Assembly (NCBI RefSeq): GCF_046119375.1
Contig: NW_027362761.1
Coordinates: 485,584,001-485,648,000 of the forward strand
Direction: 5' to 3'
Source: Phyllobates terribilis
Taxonomy: Eukaryota
Length of the DNA: 64,000 bases
In this document: piece after piece, positions 53,577 to 64,000 of the stretch
Layout of the letters: each line of letters begins with the position of its first letter
How positions within the stretch are numbered: position 1 is the first letter of the stretch
Position numbers and translations under genes: made by a program
The notes under the pieces: generated by a model
The model's input: the letters and a program-made list of their open reading frames with translations, nothing else
Told to the model about the DNA's origin: nothing
Database searches by the model: none

Positions 53577-53761
53577 ATCCACATCTACGGCAGATATTCC
53601 CAGGAGCCTATAAAAACGTTTTCCCGCTTTAAAGACACGGCTTATTGTGGAACTTACAGAGGTGATGGGAGACTTCTTGCTGCTGGCTGCGAGGATAGTG
53701 TCGTGCAGCTGTTTGACATCAATGGGAAGGCCGCGCTGAGACAGTTCATCGGACATAGCAA
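53577..53761 (+). CDS. UTP15: UTP15 exon 4 ([24 protein letters not shown]...LRQFIGHSK)
   Basis: AG/GT boundaries, 185 nt, WD40. Confidence 0.97.
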
Positions 53762-54955
53762 GTAAGTGTCTCCTATGGTAGTGTACAACAACTCTCTAGC
53801 CAGTGACTCACAAGCCTCCTCCGTGCGGCTCAGTGACCGGTGACAGCCCCACGTACTATGGTGCGCTAGTGTCACTGAAGTCATAGTAATAGTTAAAGGG
53901 GTTGTCCAGCTTGTTTAATGGGTATACTCACTCCTGTGAGTTGTAAATATTTCCCTGCCAGGGATTTTTTTTCCTACATTGTTCTACAAATCTGTTAATT
54001 CATCGTTGCCTTTTCCTCCAAAGCAAAATGTTATATAAAAAATGCATAATTCACATTCATGGCTAAAGGTCAGAGCCAACATCTCATTAAAGTACAAAAA
54101 GTGTCTAAATGTCCATAATTCCCTGGAAGTGAATAGACCATAATTTTTCCCTCAGTAGTAATACTATGACACAGGGTCGCCGGAGGCCCCACATGGGATA
54201 AATTACAGGTTTAGTGGTCATTTGTTGCCCCCCCCCCTCCCCACTCCCCGTTTAGTTGAACAGGCATCATATGAAAGCTAAGATTTTGGTCTTTAACATG
54301 AAACCAAGATCTCGGCTCTTAATATTCTAGACATGGGAAGCAGTTAGTCATTATGTATTGCGTATGCCCTGGCATGGATGGCAGCAAAAGGGTTTATAGT
54401 CCAGGAACTCCCTAGAGACCGCTGCCATACATGAATGGCGGCCAAGCGCCATAACTAAGTGGAGCCGGCTCAGGAGCTCCAGGCAGCATGGATGTCGGCT
54501 GTGTTACGTAGCCGGCACCCGAGATTAGCTGATGCCACGGAGCAACTTCTTGTCACATCAGTTTAGCCTCTTAAACGCCTTTGTCAATGCCCCAAAAATA
54601 ACAAAAAAAAAATTAATTCCATACTATGTATTCTGAATCTGTGTCATTCCAGTCCAAGGGGCTGTGTCTGGCATTGCCGCCCTGCCCCATTCAGTTGAAT
54701 GCATGAAGAAGAATGGTCCCACTTGTATGGGTGGAGCGGGGTGAGGTCCATTTTTCATGATCTCTGACAACAACCCCTTTAATGTCGACCCATTGATTCA
54801 TCTTCTGAGTTGTCTTTGTGTTGTACAGTGTTTCTGAGCTGAAGTTTGGTTGATGGGACGGGGCCGTATCAATGCTGGCAGCTACGTTACTACTTGTTAA
54901 TATAATGCTCTTCGCTGTTGCTCCACAGTACAGTATGGCCTTTGTATTTCCTTAG

Positions 54956-55134
54956 AGCGGTGCATTTTGTGGATTTCACCGGAGATAATTTTCGGCTCGT
55001 GTCGGGCTCAGATGACTATGCATCCAAAATCTGGGACATTCCCAACGGCACAGAAATCTCTACCCACAGGGAGCATACAGACTACGTGCGCTGCGGCTGT
55101 GCAAGCAAGCTCAACGACGATCTGTTTGTTACAG
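54956..55134 (+). CDS. UTP15: UTP15 exon 5 ([29 protein letters not shown]...LFVT)
   Basis: AG/GT boundaries, 179 nt, WD40. Confidence 0.97.
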
Positions 55135-55813
55135 GTATGCGGAACACCCCCCTGCTGCCGGACCACCCCGTCTTACCACAGATGTCTTGGGCTAATTATA
55201 TTACACGCAGTAATGGCTGCCATCTGAATGTGACTGATAAATGAAAGGGATTTTCATCAATGTGATGGGTTAATGTATGTGCACACAACATCATCTTCAG
55301 GTGGATTCTGCCTGAAAAAGCGCTCAGTAATGGTTAAAAATACTGAATATATGCACATTTTCTTGAAGCGTCTTGCTATAGCAAAGATGTAGACGTTATA
55401 AGACACCTGGTTGTTCCCAGTATTGAAACCTGTCACCTAGCCACAGAATAGGGATAACGAGTGAGACCTCCATGGTTTCTGGCAATGAGTGAAATGAGAT
55501 GCCTCATCAAAATAGTGTAGTGGCCGTGCCTGCTTGATTCTTTATGCGACTGATGGAAATAACTGAGCCCTGTACTCCCAAACAGAAGGAATGAAGCGGT
55601 AACCACTCCATTTTGATGGGCCATTTTGGAATGTCATTTTCAAGAATGTTGCGGGGCCCAGTTGTCGGACCACCACCGATCTGCACGTTATCAATTATCT
55701 TTTGAAACGATGATAACTTCTTTAGTTTTTAGAAATAATTTGAAAATGCTGAGCGACCTAAGGGTTAATAATAACCTAAGTGTTATAGAGAAGAAGCTAA
55801 ACCGATTGATACA

Positions 55814-57490
55814 CACTCCCTGACAGCAGAAGTGATGTCGCTTATCCATTGTAAATAAAAGCTTATAACCTGACGTTAAATTCATTCATTGGTTTTATAA
55901 ATTACTCTTTTGAAAGCTGAAACCCTCCCAAATTTGGTTTAGGTTAAGAAAATAAATTGGCATCAATGCTGAAATATTGATCATTTAATGAACACAGAAT
56001 GGTCAAATTTTGGCAAGACAAAAGTTTTGTCGCCCACAGAAAGTAATGTGATATTCAAACAAATAATTATCTTAAAATACAAATATATGTTGCATAACAT
56101 TGATGAATGAAGTTGTGGTGCTATTAGAGTCATATTTCATATTTTGTGTGACTTCCATGAGCTTGAAGGACTGCATCCATGCGGTTCAACAATGATTCAT
56201 ACAATTTATTAATGAAGTCATCAGGAATAGCAAAGAATGCAGTCTTACATGCCTCCCAGAGTTCATCTAGATTATTTGCTTTTATCTTCCAAGCTTCCTC
56301 TTTCATCCTACCCCAAACCTGCTCAATGATGTTCATGTCTGGTGACTGGGCTGGCCAGTCCTTGAACACCTTGATCTTTTTTGCCTGGAGGAACTTTGTT
56401 GTAGAGATGTATGTATGAGATGGAGCACCATCCTGCTGCAGAATTTGACCCCTTTTATGATTTGGAATGTAAGAGGTAGCTAATACTTCTTGATATTTTA
56501 GGCTATTGATATTGCCTTCCACCTTGCATATGTTTCGCACACCCCCATACTGAATGTAACCCCAGACCATGATCTTTCCACCACCAAATGTAGCTGTTTT
56601 CTGGGTGTATTTTGGATCCATACGGGCTCCAGTAGATCTGCAGTATTTGTGGCGGGTGTGGTGTAATTCTACTGAAGATTCATCAGAGAAATCCACCTTC
56701 TGCCACTTTTCCAGCGTCCATCTGTTTAGCAGGCTGTGGGACTTTGTAAATGCCACACAGTTTATTTGCCTTTTGTTTAGTGCTGGCTTCTGGGCACTGA
56801 TTCGACCATGGAGGCCATTTTGAGACAGAACCCTACAAACTGTTCTAGTTGACACAGGGGCTTGAGGTGACCAGGCCTGTTGGAGCTCTGCTGCAGTGGA
56901 AGAGGGGCTTGCTTTGGATTTTCTAACCAACAAACGTTCCTCCTGAGCAGTTGTCTTGCGGGATCTGCCGGACCTGGGCTTGTCAAACACATCTCCAGTC
57001 TCTTCAAATCTTTTTTTTAATTCTTTGTACTTGACGCTGAGACACATTAAAGGTGCCAGCCACCTCTGCAGTGGATCTGGTCTTCAGCCTCTTGATAATC
57101 AAGGCTTTGGTCGCAGGGTGGATTTTTGGCATGTTGTCAGAGCTCAAGTTGCAGTTCAAGTGAAGGTCTGGGGTGCTGGGTTTCTTTTGTATACACACCC
57201 ACTAATTAACCGATCATTTACTGAGCACTGGTGAGGATGTAAACTAGGATTGGGTGCATTATATGACCAGGCGACAAAACTTTTGTCTTGCCAAAATCTG
57301 ACCATTCTGTGTTCATTAAATGATCAATATTTCAGCATTGATGCCAATTTATTTTCTTTACCTAAACCATATTTGGGAGGGTTTCAGCTTTCAAAAGAGT
57401 AATTTATAAAACCAATGATGAATTTAACGTCAGGTTATAAGCTTTTATTTACATAACATGGGTAAGCGACATAACTTCTGTCAGGGAGTG
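55814..57490 (-). mobile_element. Tc1 DD35E (Traveler-type) element, ~220-bp TIRs, frameshifted near the N-terminus
   Basis: CACTCCCTGACAG...CTGTCAGGGAGTG|TA; FSDESS, then QQD followed by 35 residues to the E of NIIE; ORFs 57004-57198 and 56130-57047. Confidence 0.92.
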
Positions 57491-58320
57491 TATAATTTGT
57501 AAGAAGAGATTGTGTATAACTGGTAATTTATTCAGGGCTTAGCAGTAAAGAGGGCAGTCCAAATCTGTGACTGACAGCGGCCTTCTCTGTGGGCATACCC
57601 AGATATCTGTTATGTTAATGATTAGCACTAAGCCAAGATTGAGAAGGGATTTCACTGAATAAAATACAGATGTCCGCTTTTTTTCATACATGTTCTAGTC
57701 TTTGGGGCTGTTCACATGTCAGTTTTTTTTTTTCCTTTGCGGACTGCTAGTTAAAAAATTAATTTGGAGACTTGTCTGATTTTGATCCCATTTGTGGATT
57801 CAGCTCTCCCTTTCAAGTGAATGGGCCAGCAACAAAACTGTACCGCAGGAGAAGCCTCAGAAACCTCCATCTGTTTTTTTGGCAAGTGAGAAAAACACTG
57901 ATGTAAATCTGATCCACACACCGATGAAAATTTGCCCATTTTTTAACTTATGAGAAAAAAGTGTCTGGAGGAAAATGTTCAATCAGTCTGTTCTATACCT
58001 GAATACGACAGCCGCATCATGTGTAGAATACACATACTGGGTGTAGCGGACCACATACAGTAGATAAATTGGGGGAACCTTCAGCATCGTAATGACATAC
58101 GAGGGAAGAAGAAATGGAGACATTAGATTTAGTTCTCCTGGGAATATGCCCTTGGCGCAGGGGTCTGCTGTGGCTCTTTTCTCTTTGCATGATACAAGTG
58201 TGCGTGTTTATAAAGGACGCAGAACATGTACAAATCCATGTAGATGCAGAATGTGTACAGTGCCGTGCAGACGCTGACTTATTTCCTACAACTGTTGTAT
58301 CTGCTGTTATTATTTCCCAG

Positions 58321-58446
58321 GCTCCTATGATCACACGGTAAAGGTTTTTGATGCTCGAACAGAGAAGAGCGTGATGACCATGGACCATGAACAACCAGTG
58401 GAGAACGTCCTGCTCTTCCCATCCGGGGGGCTTCTGGTCTCTGCAG
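58321..58446 (+). CDS. UTP15: UTP15 exon 6 ([42 protein letters not shown])
   Basis: AG/GT boundaries, 126 nt. Confidence 0.97.
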
Positions 58447-59422
58447 GTATGCCAAAATGCCCGGCTGTTTTGTGTTAATAGTCCTCTTCTATTTCACTTG
58501 TAACCTAGTGACTATCAGCCAGCTACTGATGCTATATGCCTTTACAGCCATAATATGTTTAGTCAAGTGTTATGATTTTATGTATAGAAAGTACTTCATA
58601 TCTTGTAGGGAAGCATAGAAATTGTAAATCACACAAGACCAAAAAATAAATTTAGCCATAACATAAATGGAGCATTAGTTATCAGTCTTCTTGTTGCTGC
58701 ACTTCATGAAGTGCTGACGCGCTCCTGACCACCAGCTGAGCCGATGCCCTTAGACTTCAGTTGGGTGGCACTTCTGCACGTTGCCATGCATGCCCTTTTG
58801 TAGAGGAAAAAGGTGTAGAGAGGGCTGAAAGCAGTGGCCCCTTAATTCTCGGAATTGGTGCAAGTTCTAGTAGTCCGATCCCCAGCAAATAATTAGGTCA
58901 TGGCATATGTCAGTGATATACTGTTACTTTCTGAGATAAAATACACCTTAATGCTGTGGTATCTTTGACATGGAGAAATTATTTTTACTTATGTTAGTGG
59001 TTACCCTTAGTTCATTAATTTTCTGACCATTTGCAGCCTGATCTAAATTTCAGATTTTTTTTTTTTCTTATGGGAGTTTTTCCTCAGTAATTTAGGCTAA
59101 ATGTGAGCTCTGCGTCTTTCCCGGATTCATATGTCAGCACATCTACAGAACTGTGCTTGTATTCTCTTTATGCACTCTCCTCCTTTTCTTTATCCTGGTT
59201 TCTCTGCCCTCCTTGTATCTGTAGATACTTTCTCCTCTCTTCTTGACATGTTCTCCATTCCTGCTGATATCGCCAACACTTAAGAGAAAGGAGTAAGGAG
59301 TAGAGAGCCGTCAAGAGCAGGAGGACTTTAAGGAAGAATTTTTAGAAAGTTGCTTAACTTTGTATTTAGGCAAAAAATGAACCATAAAAAAAATTGTGTC
59401 CAAAAGTGTACATAGCCTTTAA

Positions 59423-59790
59423 AAGGGTTGTCCACTACTCAGACAATCCCTTCTCAATTGCTATATTCCCCCGTCTAAAATAAAAACAGCCTGTACTCTC
59501 CTCCGGTGCCGAGTCTCTGGGAGGCGTGTGACATTGTCATGTGAGCCCTGCAGACCATCAACAGCCACTTCACTCACTTCCTGTAGCTGAAACTGACACT
59601 TGGAAGAAGTGAGAGCTGCTGCTGCTCCCTGACTTTCTCCAAATGGAAGGGAGAGTGAAGTGGCCATAGGGCTCACATGACATAATGTCACGGGAGCCTC
59701 GGAGACTCTGCACCGGAGGAGAGTTTAGGCTGTTCTGATTGTAGACTGAAGGATGTAACAAAGGGGTTGTCTGAGTAGTGGGCGACCTCT
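59423..59790. mobile_element. Palindromic TTAA-type MITE
   Basis: GGGTTGTCCACTACTCAGACAA at left is inverted to TTGTCTGAGTAGTGGGCGACCT at right; internal arms also complementary. Confidence 0.75.
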
Positions 59791-60107
59791 AAGGTTTCCA
59801 AAAAAGAGCACCAGAGAGTTGGTAATCGTGTAGAAGTTTGGATACCATACAGAATATGTAAATGGGGTCTTTGGATCGTTCTCTTTGACCTCAGCACCAC
59901 ATGGTGATGCATTGTGTAGACTGGGAGCATCCATGATTTTACAAAGTTGTTCCCTGACCGTGGCCATTGCAAAAGTGTACCGCAGCGCATCCTGCTGAAT
60001 TATGGGTAACAGAATACAAGAGACTTTCCCACTTAAGGTTTAAACACGACTGCGATCTATGGTATTTAGTTCCTGACATTTTGCTTCTTTATTCTTTTCT
60101 TCTGTAG

Positions 60108-60243
60108 GTGGTCGATACGTGAAAGTGTGGGACCTGCTGAAGGGAGGGCAGTTATTGGTGTCATTAAGAAACCATCACAAGACAGTGACCAGCCTGTGCC
60201 TGAGTAGCTCCGGTCAGAGGCTGCTGTCTGCATCGCTGGACAG
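60108..60243 (+). CDS. UTP15: UTP15 exon 7 ([46 protein letters not shown])
   Basis: AG/GT boundaries, 136 nt. Confidence 0.97.
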
Positions 60244-61555
60244 GTAGGTGTCATAGTAAATGGTGCGGATCCGGCCCTGTCCTCCTACCCCAATAGGACA
60301 GCATAAACCGCACGCAGAGCCCCAATCACTGACATAACTCCTGTCAACAGATGGTTGGAAATTTATAGAATTTTTATTTTTGGCCTGAGCCCTAACATAA
60401 GCTTTGTCTCCGAATTAAAGAGAATCTGTCGGGACAAAATGACTTCTCAGCTTGTACATTTAGTATCCAAACCCATTGCAGATATTGTTCTGTATTCAGA
60501 TCTGGTAATGAAGTGCTCGGGGCACCCTGGGCATGGCCACGGACTCCAGTGCATCTTCCCATCCACTGGTTTTCTATCTCTGGCTCCTATAAAGCCACAG
60601 CTGTCAATCAAGCAAGTAGAGGGCTGAGATTGATGGAAAATAAGTAGTTGGGAACATTAAGTTGAACTATTCGGCCACACCCAGGGTGCACCGAGCACCT
60701 AATTAGCATGTTTGAATAAAAAGCTATTTCTGACAAATCCAGTTTTTGTTTTTAGGCACTAAAGCTATGATTTATGTTAGGGCTATGCCACCTACAAGGG
60801 GCTGTGCTTAGTTTGAACAGTCATTTTGTGCTGATAGGTTTCCTTTTAAATTTCTACATTTTTGTGTGCTGAAAAGTTTGTAAGTATTAAAATAATTAAT
60901 GAGATTCCTTTTTATGAACAGATTTTATACTGTTCCTGGGATAGCCAATGGATGTTTTGATCCCCGTGTTTGGCAGAATTAAGCGGGCACAGGAACACCC
61001 ATGTAGTTGTGCCTGGCACTGCAGGCAGCTGCCACTTAGTCCATTTTAAATTTTTGTGGTATGGCGGGATTAGGGAACGAACATAAAATCCATTTCCCAT
61101 GTTACAACCCCGGTCGGACATAGATCTCCCTGAGAATCTGCCTCCAGGACTTATTATAAATGAAAGGGGACATTACCAGTGTGAGACATGTAATGACTCT
61201 GCTCTCCTGATCTACATGTCTCACACTGGTAATGCCCCCTTCATGTAAAATAAGCCCAGGAGACAGATTCTCAGGGAGATCTATGTCCTGCTCATAGATC
61301 TTAGCAGCTCATTTACATATAAGAAAAATGTGGATTTCCCTGGAATAAGACATTGGATCACAGATATCAAGGTATCACTGTATTCAGCTTCCTATGACCT
61401 ACATGCCCATATAGATGGCTTAGGAGGGACGATCCTACTGACAGATTCCCTTTAATCACCTTTCTTAGTATTTTTGAGGGTAATAATTTGTTATAGGTGT
61501 ACTCCTCTCTGGCTATTGACTACACCACCATCTGATTTCAGTCCTTTCTCCTCAG

Positions 61556-61640
61556 GCATGTGAAGGTCTACAGCACAATGAACTACAAAGTTGTACATAG
61601 TTTTGACTATGCAGCTTCAATTTTAAGCCTGGCATTGGCT
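61556..61640 (+). CDS. UTP15: UTP15 exon 8 ([28 protein letters not shown])
   Basis: AG/GT boundaries, 85 nt. Confidence 0.97.
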
Positions 61641-61907
61641 GTAAGTATGACGTGTACGCTCATATATTATGTATGTGAAGGGTCTCTCGTCTGTGTTATT
61701 ACAAACTACAAGTGGCGCTTGAATATGCTTGTCCATAATTAACCACGGACCTATAGTAAGATAATGCTAAAGCCATAGCATGGAAATCCTCTTACTGTCA
61801 CATACAACAGTTTGTAGAGATGGCTTGCCGGTTTATTCTAGGTAGCGCCTATACATATTCCATAATCTGCAGTGAACCAGCGAGATGATATGTATGACTC
61901 AGAAAGT

Positions 61908-62995
61908 CCCATGGCTTCCAGTACCATCTGTACGCTGATGACACTCAGATCTACCTCTCTGGCCCAGATTTTACCTCTCTGCTTTCCAGAATCCCAGAGT
62001 GTCCATCAGCCATAATGTCCTTCATCTTTTCTCGCTTCCTCAAGATCAGTATTGACAAAACTGAACTCATCATCTTTCCTCCATCTCACGTATCTTCCTC
62101 ACCTGATCTATCTATCACAATAAATGACATCACACTTTCCCTTGTACCGGACATCCGCTGCCTCGGAGTAACCCTTGACTCTGCCCTGTCCCTCAAACAC
62201 CACATCCAAGCTCTCGCCACCTCCTGTCGCCTCCAGCTCAAAAATATTTCCAGAATCCGTCCTTTCCTCAACCTTCAATCTACTAAAATGTTAGTGCATG
62301 CCTTCATCATCTCCCGCCTCGACTACTGCAACATCCTCCTCTGTGGCCTACCCGTTAACACTCTCGCACCCCTCCAGTCCGTCCTTAATTCTGCTGCCCG
62401 TCTAGTTCACTCTCGCCTCGCTACTCCTCTACTTTTTCCCTTTTGCAAATCCCTTCACTGACTTCCAATTCCCCAACATATCCAGTTCAAACTGCTAACA
62501 CTGACCTACAAAGCCATCCTTAACCTCTCTCCTCCATACATCTCTGAACTAATCTCCCAATATCTTCCATCACGCAACCTCCGGTCCTCCTAAGACCTCC
62601 TTCTCTCCTCCACACTCGTACGTTCCTCACCCAATTGCCTCCAAGCCTTCTCCCGACTATCCCCCATCCTCTGGAATTCTGTGCCTCAACACGTCCGATT
62701 ATTCACCACACTCGGATCCTTCAGACGGAACCTGAAAACCCATCTTTTCAATTAAGCTTGCAACCTGCAATGAGCACACTGCCTTCTCACCATCACCAGA
62801 GCTGTCACAACCCCCCCAAACCTATGGTCTCCTTACCCATTATCCTGTAGACTGTAAGCCCATAAGGTCAAGGCCCTCTCACCTCTATATGTCTGCCCTT
62901 GTTATATTTTACACCTTATTTTATATCTGTGTCTTGTATGTAACCCTTTCTCATGCACAGCACCAAGGAATCAATGGTGCTCTAAAAATAAATGT
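61908..62995 (+). mobile_element. 5'-truncated degenerate L2 LINE
   Basis: [10 protein letters not shown]; KTELIIFPP...LGVTLDS...SRLDYCN; L2-type 3' end. Confidence 0.9.
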
Positions 62996-63063
62996 TTGTA
63001 ATTCATGTGTAGAAGTAATGTTTAGTGTCACAATGTAACAGTATTAACTAATGCGTTTTTCAG

Positions 63064-63216
63064 CCCAATGATGAGATGATCGTGGTGGGAATGACCAATG
63101 GCGTTTTGAATGTAAAACATCGAAAGCCGGAGGAAAAGAAAACAAATGAACCGTCACGAAGGAAACATCCAAGATACCGAATGTTTGTGAAAGGGAAGGA
63201 CTACATGCCTAAACAG
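63064..63216 (+). CDS. UTP15: UTP15 exon 9 ([21 protein letters not shown]...KDYMPKQ)
   Basis: AG/GT boundaries, 153 nt. Confidence 0.96.
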
Positions 63217-63335
63217 GTAAAGTGGCTGAAGATCCTGCAGGATAGGAAGACGGTGGTGTAAGGCAGTGTACAGGAAACTGCAGAAATGCATTTAGTTTAT
63301 GAGATCTAATACAATTTTCTTGATTTTCTGTACAG

Positions 63336-63437
63336 GATGACTTCATTGTCAGCAAACCAGTAAAACAGCACTTAAGGAAATATGACCAGTTGCTCAGAGG
63401 TTTCCAGGTGTCTGCAGCTCTGGATGCTGCATTAGAG
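63336..63437 (+). CDS. UTP15: UTP15 exon 10 (DDFIVSKPVKQHLRKYDQLLRGFQVSAALDAALE); the gene continues beyond the window
   Basis: AG/GT boundaries, 102 nt. Confidence 0.95.
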
Positions 63438-64000
63438 GTAAGAGGCCGGCTATCCCCCAATATTCTGCTGCAACTCCCATTAGGATGATATAATCTGAAC
63501 CAAAACATTACGCTGCAAACCTTGAAGTATGTGGAAGTGATTGCATTACATGTGTCTCCGTCTTCTGCCAGATACATTTCATTGCAACGCTCATGTTCCT
63601 GTACGTATCGACAAACATACTGGAGGGGGATAGCAGCAATTTCACGCTGGATGTTTTTCTTAAAATCTTCCTCAGTGCAAGTCTTGTTGCAATAGACATT
63701 TGTGCATAACCTGTGACAGCCATAAATCATGCAGATGCAGGGACTCCAACATAATATACAAGCACGCCGAAGATACTCGGAAAGCACCCGAGCATGCTCG
63801 GTGAAAGGGTTAAACGAGCACGCTCGCTCATCACTAGTAACCACATTGCCCTACATCACTGATGCCCAACTGGTGCCATTGTGATTCACGTGTGACCTGC
63901 GCAGCCTGAGCCCCGCCAGACGGCGACTGAATTTGGACGCCCTACCCTGGAATGTGACGTGTTACCCTGTGTCGGACATATGGCGACACTGTTTTGGAGT

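Noticed and set aside
63470-63740. Minus-strand peptide EDFKKNIQREIAAIP resembling a Tc1/mariner C-terminus
   Set aside because: Short and degenerate, with no TIR found; too weak to list as a feature.

Overview
Eukaryotic (vertebrate) genomic DNA, very TE-rich. The repeat complement (TTAA-flanked MITEs, V-SINE, Penelope, many Tc1 families) suggests a frog; this is inference. Two conserved genes lie head-to-head around a CpG-rich bidirectional promoter at about 48.8-49.15 kb. ANKRA2 is on the minus strand, complete, with 8 coding exons from 38069 to 19682 (312 aa) plus a non-coding exon 1. UTP15 is on the plus strand, with coding exons from 51238 to 63437, and continues past the window end. 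Downstream of ANKRA2 (274-15794, minus) six exon-like segments have good splice sites and mutually compatible phases but 9 in-frame stops. They join into a decayed gene whose translation resembles, by eye, the N-terminal DUF4071/TRAF-binding region of ASK kinases (MAP3K5/6/15); this is the most interesting candidate here. Introns and intergenic DNA carry at least three Tc1 classes: DD34E, DD35E and three near-identical DD38E copies, with two intact transposase ORFs. They also carry L2 and CR1 LINEs, Penelope remnants with a degenerate hammerhead-like motif, many MITEs, a 2.4-kb C/CA-rich minisatellite and two assembly gaps. All coordinates were read by hand; no database searches were run.
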